Shown here: positions 37,046-50,600 of the stretch, one piece after another
Layout of the letters: each line of letters begins with the position of its first letter
How positions within the stretch are numbered: position 1 is the first letter of the stretch
Assembly: GCA_038087875.1 (NCBI GenBank)
Contig: CM075988.1
Coordinates: forward strand, 1,860,001-1,924,000
Source of the DNA: Malacoraja senta
Taxonomy: Eukaryota
Reading direction: 5' to 3'
DNA: 64,000 nucleotides
Notes under the pieces: generated by a model
Seen by the model: only the letters and a program-made list of their open reading frames with translations
Databases searched by the model: none
Told to the model about the DNA's origin: nothing
Position numbers and translations under genes: made by a program

Positions 37046-38030
37046 CACTCTGGTGGGGTCCAGGGATGTGCACGCAGGGGGCACAGAGTACACCAGCCCT
37101 CACCGCATTGTCACTGTGTCTGAGGCCGTCGCTGCTACAACTCTTGTGCATCTTTCTTGGACATCCCTGTTCCGGTGGCCCTGTGCAAGAACTCTGTGAA
37201 GGAGCCGGCGTGGTATATGGGAGCTGTCCGTAGGGATTATGTGGCCTGTCCAGCATAGCGGAGCCCCCTGGATCATGGCCTCGATGCCGACCAGACCAGA
37301 TCTGCCCTGACCTGGTCGTCACCTGGCCTGTCCTGCCATTCAATGTCCAGCAGTGGCCACGGTGTCTCCTGTGGTCTGTGGAAACACCCACGCTGTTTGT
37401 GTGCTTCCGGTAAAGTGCCCAAGCCTCACGGACACACTAGAGGTGAGTACAACTGCTTTGTCCACTTGGATATTGGTCATTCCTGTGGTGAGTGACCAGC
37501 AACTGACCGACCTCGCCGGTTCGAGTCACTCCCTCCAATGTTGTGAGAACCATCAAAAGAGGTGAGGTAGTCGAAGGTACCTTCCCTGGTAGCTGCAGTG
37601 ACCCTGTCTGCCACTCGGTGCCAAGGGTGCTGGAGTTATACAGATAAGCCGCAGGTCCAGGAGCAGGACCTCAAGCTGAGACTGGCTGTGAAGGCACCGT
37701 GAGGAGAGCACACACATCTCTGACATCAGCCGCTCAAGCAACTTGGCAACTTGGCCCTTGGCCTCAGTGTCTTGAGGTCGGGGACTGAGTGTCCAGCCTG
37801 TATCTCCAGCGCACTCCTCTGTCCAGGTCACACAGACAGGACAAACAAGTTGGAGCAAGTCACCTCCTGCATCACGCCAGTGGAATGGTCAAATGGTGTT
37901 GGAGTGACCGTGCTGGAGAGGGCGCAGACAGCTGAACTTAGCGCTGCCTCCTGTTGACCGGCACTAGGTGGATGGAAGCAGCGTGGAGGTCCCTCTACTG
38001 CTCGATGCATCTCTACTGGACCCGTCTCAT
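37045..38030 (-). mobile_element. Old RTE-clade LINE RT C-terminal fragment
   Basis: Minus-strand pieces GIEAMIQ..LCWTGHI and LAQGHRNR.CPRK, typical of RTE ends; heavily frameshifted. Confidence 0.55.
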
Positions 38031-39974
38031 GGATAGACCACTCCGACAGTGTGTGTCCTAGTCTGAAGGGGGGATGGGGGGGGCTCAGGGATTGAAACAC
38101 AGAGGCACTCAGCACTAAAGCAAGGGCTATTACAGAGGCGTGATTCACGTCTTAGTTTGAAACAAAACGTTGTGTGCGCATGAAGTGGTGATATTGCCGC
38201 AGCGGGTACAGCTACGGCCTGACAGCCCCAGAGACCCAGGTTCGATCCTGACCTCGGGTGCTGTCTGTACGGAGTTTGCATGCTCCCCCTATGACCGCGT
38301 GGGTTTTCTCCCACCTCCCAAAGAAGTGCAGGATTGTAAATTATTTGGCCCTCTGTAAATCGCCCCTAGTTTTTAGGGAGTGGATGAGAAAGTAGGATAC
38401 ATAGAATTAGTGTGAATGGGCGATCGATGATTGGTGTGGACTCGGCGGCAGAACTTCCCAGGCTCTGTCTCTTTATAAACATCTCAAAGGGTGTGCCGTT
38501 GAATATGTCTAGAACATGGTTTGTTCATGTGGAGTGTGCAGCTAATTCTGTTCACCATGCTGTGGGAATGTGTGCAGCTCTGGACAAGAGTTTACTGGAT
38601 TTGTCCCACAGACCGGAATCAGAGAAACTGGGATTGTTATCCGAGGCAGACAAGATCAGGTCAGGGCAGCCAATGTCAGGGCACATCTGTGGGTCTGTGA
38701 CCAGAACCATTACCTCAGTTTCTCTTCCCACACATCCACCCTGACCTGTTTCTCTTTTTATTTTAGATTTCCAGTATCTGAATTGATTTTTTATTTTTGT
38801 GAACGAGATTGTTATGTGTTTAGACAGCTGCAGGATTGTAAATCTCCAAGAATTTATTTTAGAGATAGAACATGGAAACAGGCCCTTCAGCCCATCAAGT
38901 CCACGACACGGTGGCGCAGCGGTAGAGACCCGCATTGAATCCTGACTACAGTTGCTGTCTGTACAGTCTGTTCTCCCTGTGACCTGTATGGGCTTTCTCC
39001 GGGTGCTCCGGTTTCCTCCCGCACTCCAAAAGACATACAGGTTTATAGGTTAATTAGCTTTGGTAAAATTGTAAATTGTCCCTAATGTGTGTAGGATAGT
39101 GTTCGTGTACGCGGTGATCGCTGATCGGTGGGGACTCGGTGGGCCAAAGGGCCTGTTTCTGTGCTGTATCTAAACTAAACTAAACATAGACATGCACTTA
39201 ACCTTCCTCCCATGCTGCAACAATGCCAAGGGAATGTCAGGTGCAGGTGGACACAGAGCGTCCTCAAGGGAAGGATAGATAATCTGCAGGGCGGTGGAGC
39301 TGCAGTGACGGGGACAGCCCACAAGGTGCCAGTACAGACTCGGTTGCCCAAATGGCCTTCTGGCTGGCGGAGCGACTCCGAGTTAAATTGATTTATTAAA
39401 ATATAGTTACAGCTTTTAAAAATGACTGTGAGTGAAGAGATTCCCTGCGAAAGTTTCCGTGAATAAAAACCAGGAACAGACAAAACATGAACAGTCCTCA
39501 AGAGCAGAATCAAAAGCTGTCTGAAGCGCTAACACATGAAGCAACCCCTGTCCTGAGTGAAACTTTTTCAGCTGAGAAATATTCATAGTGTGTGCCAGAA
39601 TCGCCGCAGGTGCTGGCCACGGAGACAGAACTGATGATGTTCCAAGTAGAAACAATGACAAAGTGTTGCTGCCGAGATCACACAGCCCTACACACAGGCA
39701 CTTGGAGATTTAAGGTCTGAATGATTCATTGAACAATTCGAATGACAAGACTATCAAAACAGTGCTCCAACAAAGGCAGGATTGTGCCTTGACTTTACGC
39801 CTCTCACATTAAGGAAAATAGTTAACCAATATAATTATAGGTAACGTTAGCTAATGTGGAATCGATCTCCTCACCCAGACATTTCTGGGTTGTAAACACT
39901 TGAGGTTAACCAACTCCACATCACAAATTGATGGTTATTGTACATCAAACCCCAGGTAGAGGCACCTGTCCACA

Positions 39975-40372
39975 CCCCGTCCCACCCCGCACCGCACTAA
40001 GCACAAACATAACCCATGCTCCCACACACCCCACCCTCCACAACACCACAGCACTTCCTCCACATCCTCACACACTCCTGGAGTGTCCAAGCACACTCAC
40101 ACTCGCTCACACTTACACCTCGTCACATTCACACCCCGTCCCACTCCCCATTCACACTCACATCCGCCACACTCTCACACCCACACACACACCCTGTCGC
40201 ACTCACACCCCATCACACTCATACCATGTCACACTCACACCCTGTCGCACACCCCCTTCACACTCGCGCCCAGTCACACTCACACTCACACCCTCTCAAA
40301 CTCACACCCGTCTCTCGCACACCTGGTCACACCGACACCCTGCCACAATGCCCCCACACTCACCCAGCCACA
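39975..40372. repeat. CA-rich low-complexity repeat
   Basis: Degenerate CACACT/CACACC units; source of the His/Thr/Pro ORFs. Confidence 0.9.
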
Positions 40373-41159
40373 GTTTAACGCTAGAGTGCCGGCCTGATAT
40401 GATCTGGCCACACTCATGCAGTGGGAGGCTGGGAGGGAGCAACATCCAGCAACGCTGTGGCTGAAGTGGAAGCGCTGGGTGATCAGCCCGGCCCCCTATC
40501 TCACCGCTCCCCACGCCACTCCCAGGCACGGCCTACAGCGGGGATCTCTGCCTCCCCCACCTTTCCAGTTCAGTTCCCGACCCACCACCTGCCGGGTGAA
40601 ACATCCTCTCTTCATCTCCCTAATCTGTCGACCACTTACTTCAAATCAATCTTCCTGATTTTAGAAATGTCAAAACAAGGAACCGCTGATGCTGGTTTAC
40701 AAAAAAAGACACCAGGTGCTGGAGTAACTCAGCGGGTCAGGCAGCATCGCTGGAGAACATGGATGGGTGACGTTTTGGGTCGAGATCCTTCAGACCTGAA
40801 GAAGATCGGTACCCTGGTTTTAGATCCCTTTGCCTACGGAAGTAACCTATTGACTCCATCTTGCCTAAATACATAGAAAATAGGTGCAGGAGTAGGCCAT
40901 TCAGCCCTTGGAGCCAGAGCCTTCTGAGGCAGAGAATTCCACAGATTCACAACTCTCTGTGTGAAAAAGATGTTCCTCATCTCAGTTCTAAATTGCCTAC
41001 CCCTATTCATTAAACTATGGCCCCAACATCAGGAACATGTTTCCTGCATCTAGCATGTCCAATCCCTTAATAATTGTATGTTTCTATAAGATACCCTCTC
41101 ATCCTTTTAAATTCCATTGAATACAAACCAAATCTGATACTACTTACATAAGTGTCCTC

Positions 41160-41566
41160 ATTCAAGTCAAGTCAAGTCACTTTTATTTCTATAGCACATT
41201 TAAAAAACAACTCTCGTTGACCAAAGTGCTTTACATTGGTGGAGGTACTAACGTTATGCAACAGTGGTTCATAGATTTAATACATACATAAATACATACA
41301 TATAGCCCTCCCTCAGAGGGCGTCAAGAAAGGCTTGAGAGTAAAGATGAGTTTTAAGTCTCGACTTAAAAGAGTCGTTGGAGGGGGATGCTGTTCCATAG
41401 TCTAGGAGCTGCAACCGCAAAGGCTCGGTCGCCCCTGAGCTTATGCCTAGACCGCGGGATGGTCAGTAACCTCAAGTCGGCCGATCTGAGGGACCTGGAG
41501 GTGGTGTGGTGGGTAAGCAGTCTTTTGATGTAGGTGGGGGCAAGCCCGTTAAGGGCTTTGTAAACA
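41160..41566 (-). mobile_element. L2-like LINE 3' end
   Basis: (CAAGT)n tail, TTTATTTCTATAGCAC...AAAGTGCTTTACA end; minus translation GDRAFAVAAPRLWNS..FKSRLKTHL. Confidence 0.8.
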
Positions 41567-41724
41567 TTGTTGGATGTTCACCTGCTTTCTCTCTTTTAAT
41601 CTTTGAATCTTAGCTCCAGAAGTGTTAGTTGCTGTGGGAAGGAGCCTCGACCAAGTGTGTGTGATGCCAAATGGCGGGAACCATTACCGTCAAATGCCAC
41701 CTCAAACCTGTGTTATAGCAACCC

Positions 41725-42692
41725 CAGTTTGCATATCGAGCAAATAGGTCAACGGAAGATGCCATCAACATAGCTCTACATTCCGCACTGACACATCTGG
41801 AGCGCCCTGGCTCATATGTGAGGATGTTATTTGTAGACTTTAGTTCTGCATTTAATACCATCATCCCCAGCAGAATGGTGGACAAACTGTCTGATCTAGG
41901 TGTTAATGCAAACACATGCAGATGGATTAAGGACTTCTTAACAGACCGCCCACAGACTGTCAGGATGGGGTCCAATTACTCCCCAGTCCTGACGCTCAGC
42001 ACAGGAGCGCCACAAGGTTGTGTGCTGAGTCCCATCTTGTATACAATATACACTTATGACTGCACACCAACACACAGTACAAACAGGATCATCAAGTTTG
42101 CGGACGACACGACTGTGGTGGGACTGATAAACAACAACGACGAGTCTGCCTACAGAGATGAAGTCCAAAAACTGACTGTGTACCAAAAACAACCTGGTAC
42201 TCAACCCATCCGTTGACTTCAGGAGGAAGAGGAGAGAGGAACCTGCTCCTCTATACATCAAAGGAGACATGGTGGAGAGAGTCGCTGGCTTTAAATTCCT
42301 GGGAATAAACATCTCCCAGGACCTCAAATGGCAAATGAACACCGTCACTCTCGTGAAGAAGTCACAGCAGCGGCTGTATTTCCTGAGGTCTCTGCGGAGA
42401 GCAAACGTCTCACAGCCGCTGCTGCTGTCCTTCTACCGATGAACCGTGGAAAGTATCCTCTCCTATGGCATGCTGGTGTGGTTTGCTAGCTGCACTGTGG
42501 CTGAGAGGAGGGAGCTGCAGAGAGTTATAAAAACTGCACAGAGCATCACAAACGCTCAACTGCCCTCCTTGGATGACATATATATATATGCTTGCGCTGG
42601 GCCATAAACATCAAGCAGGACACATCCCACCCTGCCAACCACCTTTTCACTCTGCTACCCTCTGGGAGGCGATTCAGGTCTCTGAAGGCTCG
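41725..42692 (+). mobile_element. Rex1/Babar RT fragment
   Basis: [44 protein letters not shown]. Confidence 0.9.
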
Positions 42693-45600
42693 TCCTCTGA
42701 AGGAGGGCTATATGTATGTATTTATGTATGTATTAAATCTATGAACCACTGTTGCATAACGTTAGTACCTCCACCAATGTAAATGTAGACTAAAAAATAG
42801 TTTCTACCCATGTGCGATAAAAGAACTTAATTCCAACAGAGAACACTGGGGAAGCAAAATGTAATTCCAAGAAATGCAACATTCTTAAAAAAAAAAATTT
42901 AATACTTATTTATTATTTTTACTAATAAGTGTACATATGTGTCAATGGTTGTCATGTTTGTATTTTTTAACCGGAGGAGATGCAATGGAATTTTGTTGCA
43001 CAGTATTGTGCAATGACAATAAACGTATTTCATTTCATTTCATTTCAGGTGATCATTACAGCAGGTAACACTGGCTCTCTGAAACCCCATGAAAACCAGC
43101 ATTACGGTGTGGAAGTCCTGATAAAAAATGATTTGTTCGGCAGGGAAGCTAAATACAAAGCACCCTTGAAAACGGAGTCACTGAAGCAGGCACCCATTTA
43201 ATGTGTAGAAAAGCCAGCAATAAGACAAAGCATAGGCTTCAGTCAACACAGCGGGAGCTCAGTGCCCCAGTCTCACATCTCTCCCACCCTGCTCAGCACT
43301 GTAGTTAGTCCAGGTGAAATGTATACTGCACCATACCCTCAGGCCAGTATTAGTATTAATACTCTTCTTTGTCATCAACCACCTGGAATAATGTCAAAGG
43401 CTGCAGATGATGCAGATCTGGAGTGAACAGTGAGGAAGAAAATCAAGGGTTCAGGAGAGTATATAATAATAATAATAATAATGAATTTTATTTACGGGCG
43501 CCTTATACCGAGGTCTCAAGGACACCTTACAGAGATTTATAGGAAACATATAATCAGAATTTAAAAAAATAAGTTATAAAGACCAATACACAAATCAGGG
43601 ACAGAATTCCTTCCAAAAACACAAAAAAGAAAATCAGAAGCACAATTTGAGGAGAGAGCAGCGGCAACGAAACCGCGCCAGCGTCCACTCTCCCCTCCGA
43701 CCGCCATCTTGAACACAGACTACCAAATACAATTACAAACAATTACATACAAAAATCATCCCCTTAAACCTGCAATCATTCATTCTGGAAGCAACAGCAA
43801 GATGTAGAAAATCCACGGAAATGTATTTACCTGGTTGAAATTGACAATAAAAGTTCAGTTTGGTTTATTTAGTTTAGTTTAGTTTAGTTTATTTAGTTTA
43901 GTTTAGAGATAGAGCACGGTAACAGGTTCTTTGGCCCACCGAGTCCACGCCGACCAGCGATCCCCACGCACTAACACTATCCTACACACAAAAGGGACAA
44001 TTTACATTTATACCAAGCCAATTAACGTACAAACCTGTACATCTTTAGAGTGTGGGAGGAAAACCGGAGATCCCGGCGAAAACCCACTCGATCATAGGAG
44101 AACGTAGAAACTCCGTACAGACAGCACCCATAGTCAGGATCAAACCCGGGTCTCAGTTTCAGTTTCGTTTATTGTCACATGTACCTAGGTGCTGTGAAAA
44201 GCTTTTGTTGCATGCTATCCATTCAGCAGAAAGGCAAGACATGATTATAATTGAGCCATTACAGTGCATAGATACATGGGAAGGGAATAACATTTAGTGC
44301 AAGGTAAAGCCAGTAAAGTCCGATCAATGATAGTCCCAGGGTCACAGTTGCCTGATATCAGCTGGGAAGAATCTGTCCCTGAATCTGGAGGTGTGCGGAT
44401 CTGTGGCATTGTAAGGCACGAACTCTACCACTGTGCCACTATGCAAAACTTTGAGAATATAAGTAAAAAATATGTTTATTCATGTTAGCTTCAGGGTTTA
44501 TGCAGTTTTAAGGCTGCTGTAAGAATAATTTCAGTCAACTGCACTATTGCTGCTGCCATTTCATTCTCTGCAGCAGCACAGTGCAACCCAGTGGTGATGC
44601 TGAGCCAGGCTCCATCTACACTGTCCACATCCTCACCAAGGGTCAGGTGCAACTTGGTTTACATTCAACCATGCAGGATAAGTATTATTTCTAATGCCGT
44701 GAGTTATGGATTGTTGTACATTGTAAACTGAGTTGTGAGTGTTCACAGAGTGTTCATGGACTGTACATGCTGCGACACACCTGCTGCCTCACAACGCTAG
44801 AGACCCGGATTCGATCCTGACCTCTGGTGCTCTTTGCATGGAGTTAGCATGTCCTGGCTGTGACCACTTGGGTTTCCTCCGGATGCTTCGGTTTTCTCCC
44901 ACATCCCATGGACGTGTGGGTTTGTAGGTTACATGGCCCTCTGTAAATTGCCCCTAAAGTGTAGAGAGTGGATGGGGAAGTGTGATGGTCAGCATGGGTT
45001 CGCTGGGCTGAAGGGCCTGTTGCTCTGCTGTATTTTGCAATCAATTCAATCAACTGAATACTATATGTGTATGAAGGAACTGCAGATGCTGGTTTAAACC
45101 AAAGATAGACACAAAATGCTGCAGTAACTCAGCGGGACAGGCAGCATCTCTGGAGAGAAGAAATGGTTGACATTTCGGGAAGGGTCTCGACCCAAAACAT
45201 CACCCATTCCTTCTCTCCAAAGCTGAGTTACTCCAGCTTTTTGTGTCTCTGTGAGTTACATGATTGTACATAAATGTGAAATGGGCAGTTACATGTTGAC
45301 TACTTTGAGCTGTGTGTTATCAGGGGTTGTATTTTCAGTTTATATATTTGGTTCAGTGATAGTGTTTTTTCAATTATTTAGACTTTAGAGATACAGTACG
45401 GAAACAGGCCTTTCGGCCTACTGAGTCTGCGCCAACCAGCGGTCACTGAACACTAGCACTATCCTACACACTAGGCACAATTTACAATTTCACCAAAGCC
45501 AATTAACCTATAAACTTGTACACCTTTGGAGTGTGGGAGGAAACTGAAACTCCCGGAGAAAACCCACACAGGTCAGAAGGAGAATGTACAAACTCCGTAC

Positions 45601-46319
45601 AGACAGCACCTGTAGTCAGGATCGAACCTGGGTCTGGCGCTGTGAGGCAGCAACTCTGCCACTGAGCCACTGTGGCTTCAGATGATGAGATGCATCACTC
45701 TCTGCTTTGGTCTCTGCAGCTAAAACTAAACACAATTAAAAATATGCATGTTCAGAATCATTGTGGTGCATCAACATTACAAAGGAGTAGGTATTAGAGG
45801 TCTTGAAATGTATAAAGGTGGATAAATCCCCAGACCAGGTATCTCCTCCGATGCTGTGGGAAGCCAGGGTGGAGATTGCTGGGGCTGTGGCAGAGATTGG
45901 TGCAACTTTTGTTAGCCGAGGATGAGGTGTGTGTAATGAGTCGATTCGTACACATGTCAAGATACAACACATATTTATTAAAGTCCACACAGCATTGGTC
46001 TGCAGGACATTACAGTAACTAGCAGTTACTCAGACTGAATTACATAAGCAAGCTCTTGGTGATATAAATCGCATAATAGGCGGAGCTACTCCTAACAAGC
46101 ACTACAATTGGTTAGTAGGAAATAACCAATCTACATCTTTCCTTGTAGAAACAAAATAAAGCATAGATATGTGGAAACATGGTGGCTAAACAATACAGTA
46201 GCCGAAACGTTAATAATGCATATGGGGAAGTATAGATGGTTACACAAAATCACCGTATCTAAGGGGTGGCCTGTTAACCCGACCGGCACAAGTGCGGTAC
46301 GAATCTGCGTCTCCTCCTT

Positions 46320-48694
46320 TCACCGGTGAAGTGACTGGGGAGGTGACCGGGGACGGCACCGGAGACCCGCCGGGTGGAGGTGGTGAAGTAGGCGAACTGG
46401 GCGCTGAACACCGTGGAGAGGCCGTGGGGACACAGTCTCTGGTAGTGGAGCAGCCGGCCCGGTAGTGGGAGGGTAAACAAAACGCGAGACCTCTGGATGC
46501 AGACTCGCAGGACACGGTTCCTTCACAGGAACATGTTGACGGTTGCGTCTGTAAATGGCCCTGTCCGCGCTAACCAAGTAGGAGTGCGGTTCTTTGGCAG
46601 GGCTGTGGATGTGACCCAGACGGCCATAGCCCTTGTTGGTCTGGAGGCGAACAACCTGTTCACTGGAGAGAGGTTTAAGTGGCTTACTGGACTTGTCAAA
46701 AAAACATTTTTTGGATTGTAGTTGTTTCTGGACCATGGGTGGAGAACGGACCTGTGGCTGCAGAAGCTGCTGGGGTACAGGCAGGGCAGCGGGGGTGTGA
46801 CAAGACATCAGTCGCTGGGCTGGGGAACCCAGTATGGGATCCCTGGCAATGTTCCTTAAATTGAGCAGGTCCAGGTAGACATCAGATTTAGCAAGGTAAG
46901 AACGCTCCATTCGTTTTTTTGTGCTTTGTACGGCCCGTTCAGCGAGCCCGTTGGACTGCGGAACCTCAGGGCTGCTGGTGATATGTCGAAGGTCATTGTG
47001 CAAAGTTTTTGAAAAGCTGGCTGATGAACTGACTGCCGTTGTTGGATAGAAGGCGTGCAGGGGAACCGTGCACGGGGAAATGGCGTTGCAACTTCTGGAT
47101 AACTGCTTCAGATGTGATGGTTTGGAGTAGATCAATGTCAAACCAGCCCGAATAAGAGTCGACAAGAACCAGATAGTGCTTCCCATGCCATTCGAATATG
47201 TTGTGGCTACAGTGGACCACTGTAGAGGAGGAACCGGGTGCGGCAGTAAGGGCTGGATGATGGTGTGGAAAATTGGATTAGTAAGTATGCAGATGACACT
47301 AAGATAGGTGGTGTTGTGGATAATGAAGTAGATTTTCAAAGTCTACAGAGAGATTTAGGCCATTTGGAAGAGTGGGCTGAAAGATGGCAGATGGAGTTTA
47401 ATGCTGACAAATGTGAGGTGCTACATCTCGGCAGGACAAATCAAAATAGGACGTACACGGTAAATGGTAGCGAATTGAGGAATGCAGTTGAACAGAGGGA
47501 TCTAGGAATAACTGTGCATAGTTCCCTGAAGGTGGAATCTCATGTAGATAGGGTGGTAAAGAAAGCTTTTGGTGTGCTGGCCTTTATAAATCAGAACATT
47601 GAATATAGAAGTTGGGATGTAATGTTAAAATTGTACAAGGTATTGGTGAGGCCAATTCTGGAGTATGGAGTACAATTTTGGTTGCCTAATTATAGGAAGG
47701 ATGTCAACAAAATAGAGAGAGTACAGAGGAGATTTACTAGAATGTTGCCTGGGTTTCAGCAACTAAGTTACAGAGAAAGGTTGAACAAGTTAGGTCTTTA
47801 TTCTTTGGAGCGCAGAAGGTTAAGAGGGGACTTGATAGAGGTCTTTAAAATTATGAGTGGGTTAGACAGAGTGGACGTGGATAAGCTTTTCCCATTGAGA
47901 GTAGGGAAGATTCAAACAAGGGGACATGACTTGAGAATTAAGGGACAGAAGTTTAGGGGGGACATTAGGGGGAACTTCTTTACTCAGAGAGTGGTAGCTG
48001 TGTGGAATGAGCTTCCAGTGGAAGTGGTGGAGGCAGGTTCGATGTTATCCTTTAAAAATAGATTGGATGGGTATATGGACGGGAAAGGAATGGAGGGTTA
48101 TGGTCTGAGTGCAGGTAGATGGGACTAGGGGGAAGTATTTATTTTTAATTTTAAAAAAAAAGTAAAAAAATGTTCGGCACGGACTTGAAGGGCCGAGATG
48201 GCCTGTTTCCGTGCTGTTATGTTATGGTTATGGCTGCTTCTGCTGGTCAGGCTTTTGCAGATGGCGCAGGCTTCAGTTTTGTCACGTATGTACTTGGTCA
48301 TACCAGGCCAGTAAAACATTCTCTGTGCACGTTGTAAGATTGCCTCCACGCCAGGGTGGCCCCTGTGGACGGCATCAAAGTATTTGCCCCGGAGGACAGC
48401 TGGGACAACTGCCTTCTGGCCCTTAACTATAATCCCTTCCTGTAATACCAGTTCGTCGCGAACTAGGAAGTATGGGCGGATTGTGAGCGGGGTGCTGTAT
48501 TGTTTATCCGGCCAGCCACGCCGGATGATTGCGGACAGCAATTGCAGAGTCTCATCAGCAGCCGTGTGCTCTGCCAGGCTGCTTAGGCAATCAGTAGGAA
48601 TATACGATACCTTCATTATTGAGAACTGGTCCTGTTCAGAGAGTTGTTCGCTGGTTGTGCGTGGGCCCTTGATAGCGTGTCAGCTATGTGCATG
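46320..48694 (-). pseudogene. Gypsy integrase, split by CR1 at 47256-48231
   Basis: VHRGHPG..FYWPGM..CAIC; YLVLVDSYSGW, LSNNGSQF, SSPEVPQSNGLAERAVQ; YRRNRQH. Confidence 0.9.
47256..48231 (+). mobile_element. Young 5'-truncated CR1 with an open 287-aa RT C-terminus
   Basis: ORF 47265-48128 (KYADDTKIGG...); GGCTG at 47251-55 and 48232-36; GTTATG tail. Confidence 0.95.
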
Positions 48695-48710
48695 TCCTTG
48701 CCTTTTTTTT

Positions 48711-49156
48711 CTCTTTTTTTTGAATTAATTTTATTAGAAGCGATTGTGCAGGGATAAGACGATCGACATAACAGTTATACAATTATTGCACAGCTTCATT
48801 TTTAACGTTAGAACCTAAAGAAAAAAAAAAGAAAAAAGAGAGAAAAGAAGAGAATGAAGAAAGAGAAAAGAAGAGAAAGCAAGAAAAAGACCCTAAGCTA
48901 CCAAAGAAGTGCAAGAGAAAAGAAAAGAAATAAGAAAAGAGAAGATGGAGATATAACTCCCCACCCCTCACCCATCCCTGGCATCGGGTTTACATTTGTG
49001 TTTAACCATTCCGTTGTTGCAGAAATTCAGTAAAAGGGAACCATGTCTTAAGAAATTGATCTGCTTTTTCCGCCAAGACAAGCCTAATGTTTTCCAAATG
49101 TAGTGTCTCAGACATATCAGTAATCCACATCTTCACTGTAGGGCCTGTTGTCTGTT
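48711..49156 (-). mobile_element. 5'-truncated L1-clade LINE with poly(A) and a 16-bp TSD
   Basis: TCCTTGCCTTTTTTTT at 48695-710 and 49157-72; minus translation PTVKMWITDMSETLHLE..FLKTWFPF; AATAAA and A tail. Confidence 0.85.
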
Positions 49157-49388
49157 TCCTTGCCTTTTTTTTATAGACAATTAGACTAAGTGGGACCTGT
49201 TTGGTCCCAGCTTCACATGGGAGGGCTGGTCCCCCAATGCAATTTTTCTACCTCTCAACAATTCGAATATTGCTGGCCAGTGGGAGGGGGGGGGGGGCTT
49301 TCTGGAACGCTAGCATGGGTGTTGTGGGCTGAAGGGGCTGGTTTCCAGAGGGCTAGTATGGACATTGTGGGCCGAATAGATTCTTGGG

Positions 49389-50600
49389 CTGGCAGCTCAG
49401 TCACTCAGGCCAGGCAGCTCAGTCACTCAGGCCTGGCAGCTCCGTCACTCAGGCCTGTCAGCTCAGTCACTCAGGCCTGGCAGCCCAGTCACTGAGGCCT
49501 GTCAGCTCAGTCACTCAGGCCAGGCAGCTCAGTGACTCAGGCCAGGCAGCTCAGTCACTCAGGCCTGGAAGCTCAGTCACTCAGGCCTAGCAGCTCAGTC
49601 ACTCAGGCCAGGCAGCTCAGTCTCTCATGCCAGGCAGCTCAGTCACTCAGGCCTAGCAGCTCAGTCACTCAGGCCAGGCAGCTCAGTCTCTCAGGCCAGG
49701 CAGCTCAGTCACTCAGGCCTGGCACGCCAGTCACTCAGGCCTGGCAGCTCAGTCACTCAGGCCTGGCAGCCCAGTCACTCAGGCCTGGGAGCCCAGTCAC
49801 TCAGGCCTGGCAGCCCAGTCATTCAAGCCTGGCAGCTCAGTCAGTCACTCAGGCCTGGCAGCTCAGTCACTCAGGCCTGGCAACTCAGTCATTCAGGCCT
49901 GGCAGCTCAGTCACCAAGGCCTGGCAGAGGCTGGCAGCTCAGGCCAGGCAGCTCAGTCACTCAGGCCAAGCAGCTCAGTCAATCAGGCCTGGCAGCTCAG
50001 TCACTCAGGCCTGGCAGTTCAGTCACTCAGGCCTGGCTACTCAGTCACTCAGGCCAGGCAGCTCAGTCACTCAGGCCTGGCAGCTCAGTCATTCAGGCCT
50101 GGCAGCTCAGTCATTCAGGCCTGGCATCTCAGTCACTGAGGCCAGGCAGCCCGGTCACTCAGGCCAGGAAGCTCAGTCACTCAGGCCTGGCAGCTCAGTC
50201 ACTCAGGCCTGGCAGCTCAGTCACTCAGGCCTGGCAGGTCAGTCACTCCGGCCTGGCAGCTCAGTCACTCAGGCCTGGCAGCTCAGTCACCCAGGTCTGG
50301 CAGGCTGACAGCTCAGTCACTCAGGCCTGGCAGGTCAGTCACTCCGGCCTGGCAGCTCAGTCACTCAGGCCAGGCAGCTCAGTCACCCAGGTCTGGCAGG
50401 CTGACAGCTCAGTCACTCAGGCCTGGCAGCTCAGTCACCCAGGTCTGGCAGCCTGGCAGCTCAGTCACTCAGGCCTGGCAGCTCAGTCACTCAGGACTGG
50501 CAGCTCAGTCACTCAGGCCTGGCAGCTCAGTCACTCAGGCCAGGCAGCTCAGTCACTCATGCCTGGCAGGCTTGCAGCTAGTCACCCAGGCATGGCAAAC
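49389..50600. repeat. 22-bp minisatellite GGCAGCTCAGTCACTCAGGCCT, about 50 units
   Basis: Tandem array inside the Helitron. Confidence 0.97.

Noticed and set aside
36418..37233. His/Thr/Ser-rich ORFs of 164-271 aa
   Set aside because: Translations of (TCAC)n, open in all three frames.
46320..47339. 339-aa ORF as a host gene
   Set aside because: Chance fusion of antisense CR1 with out-of-frame and in-frame Gypsy integrase.
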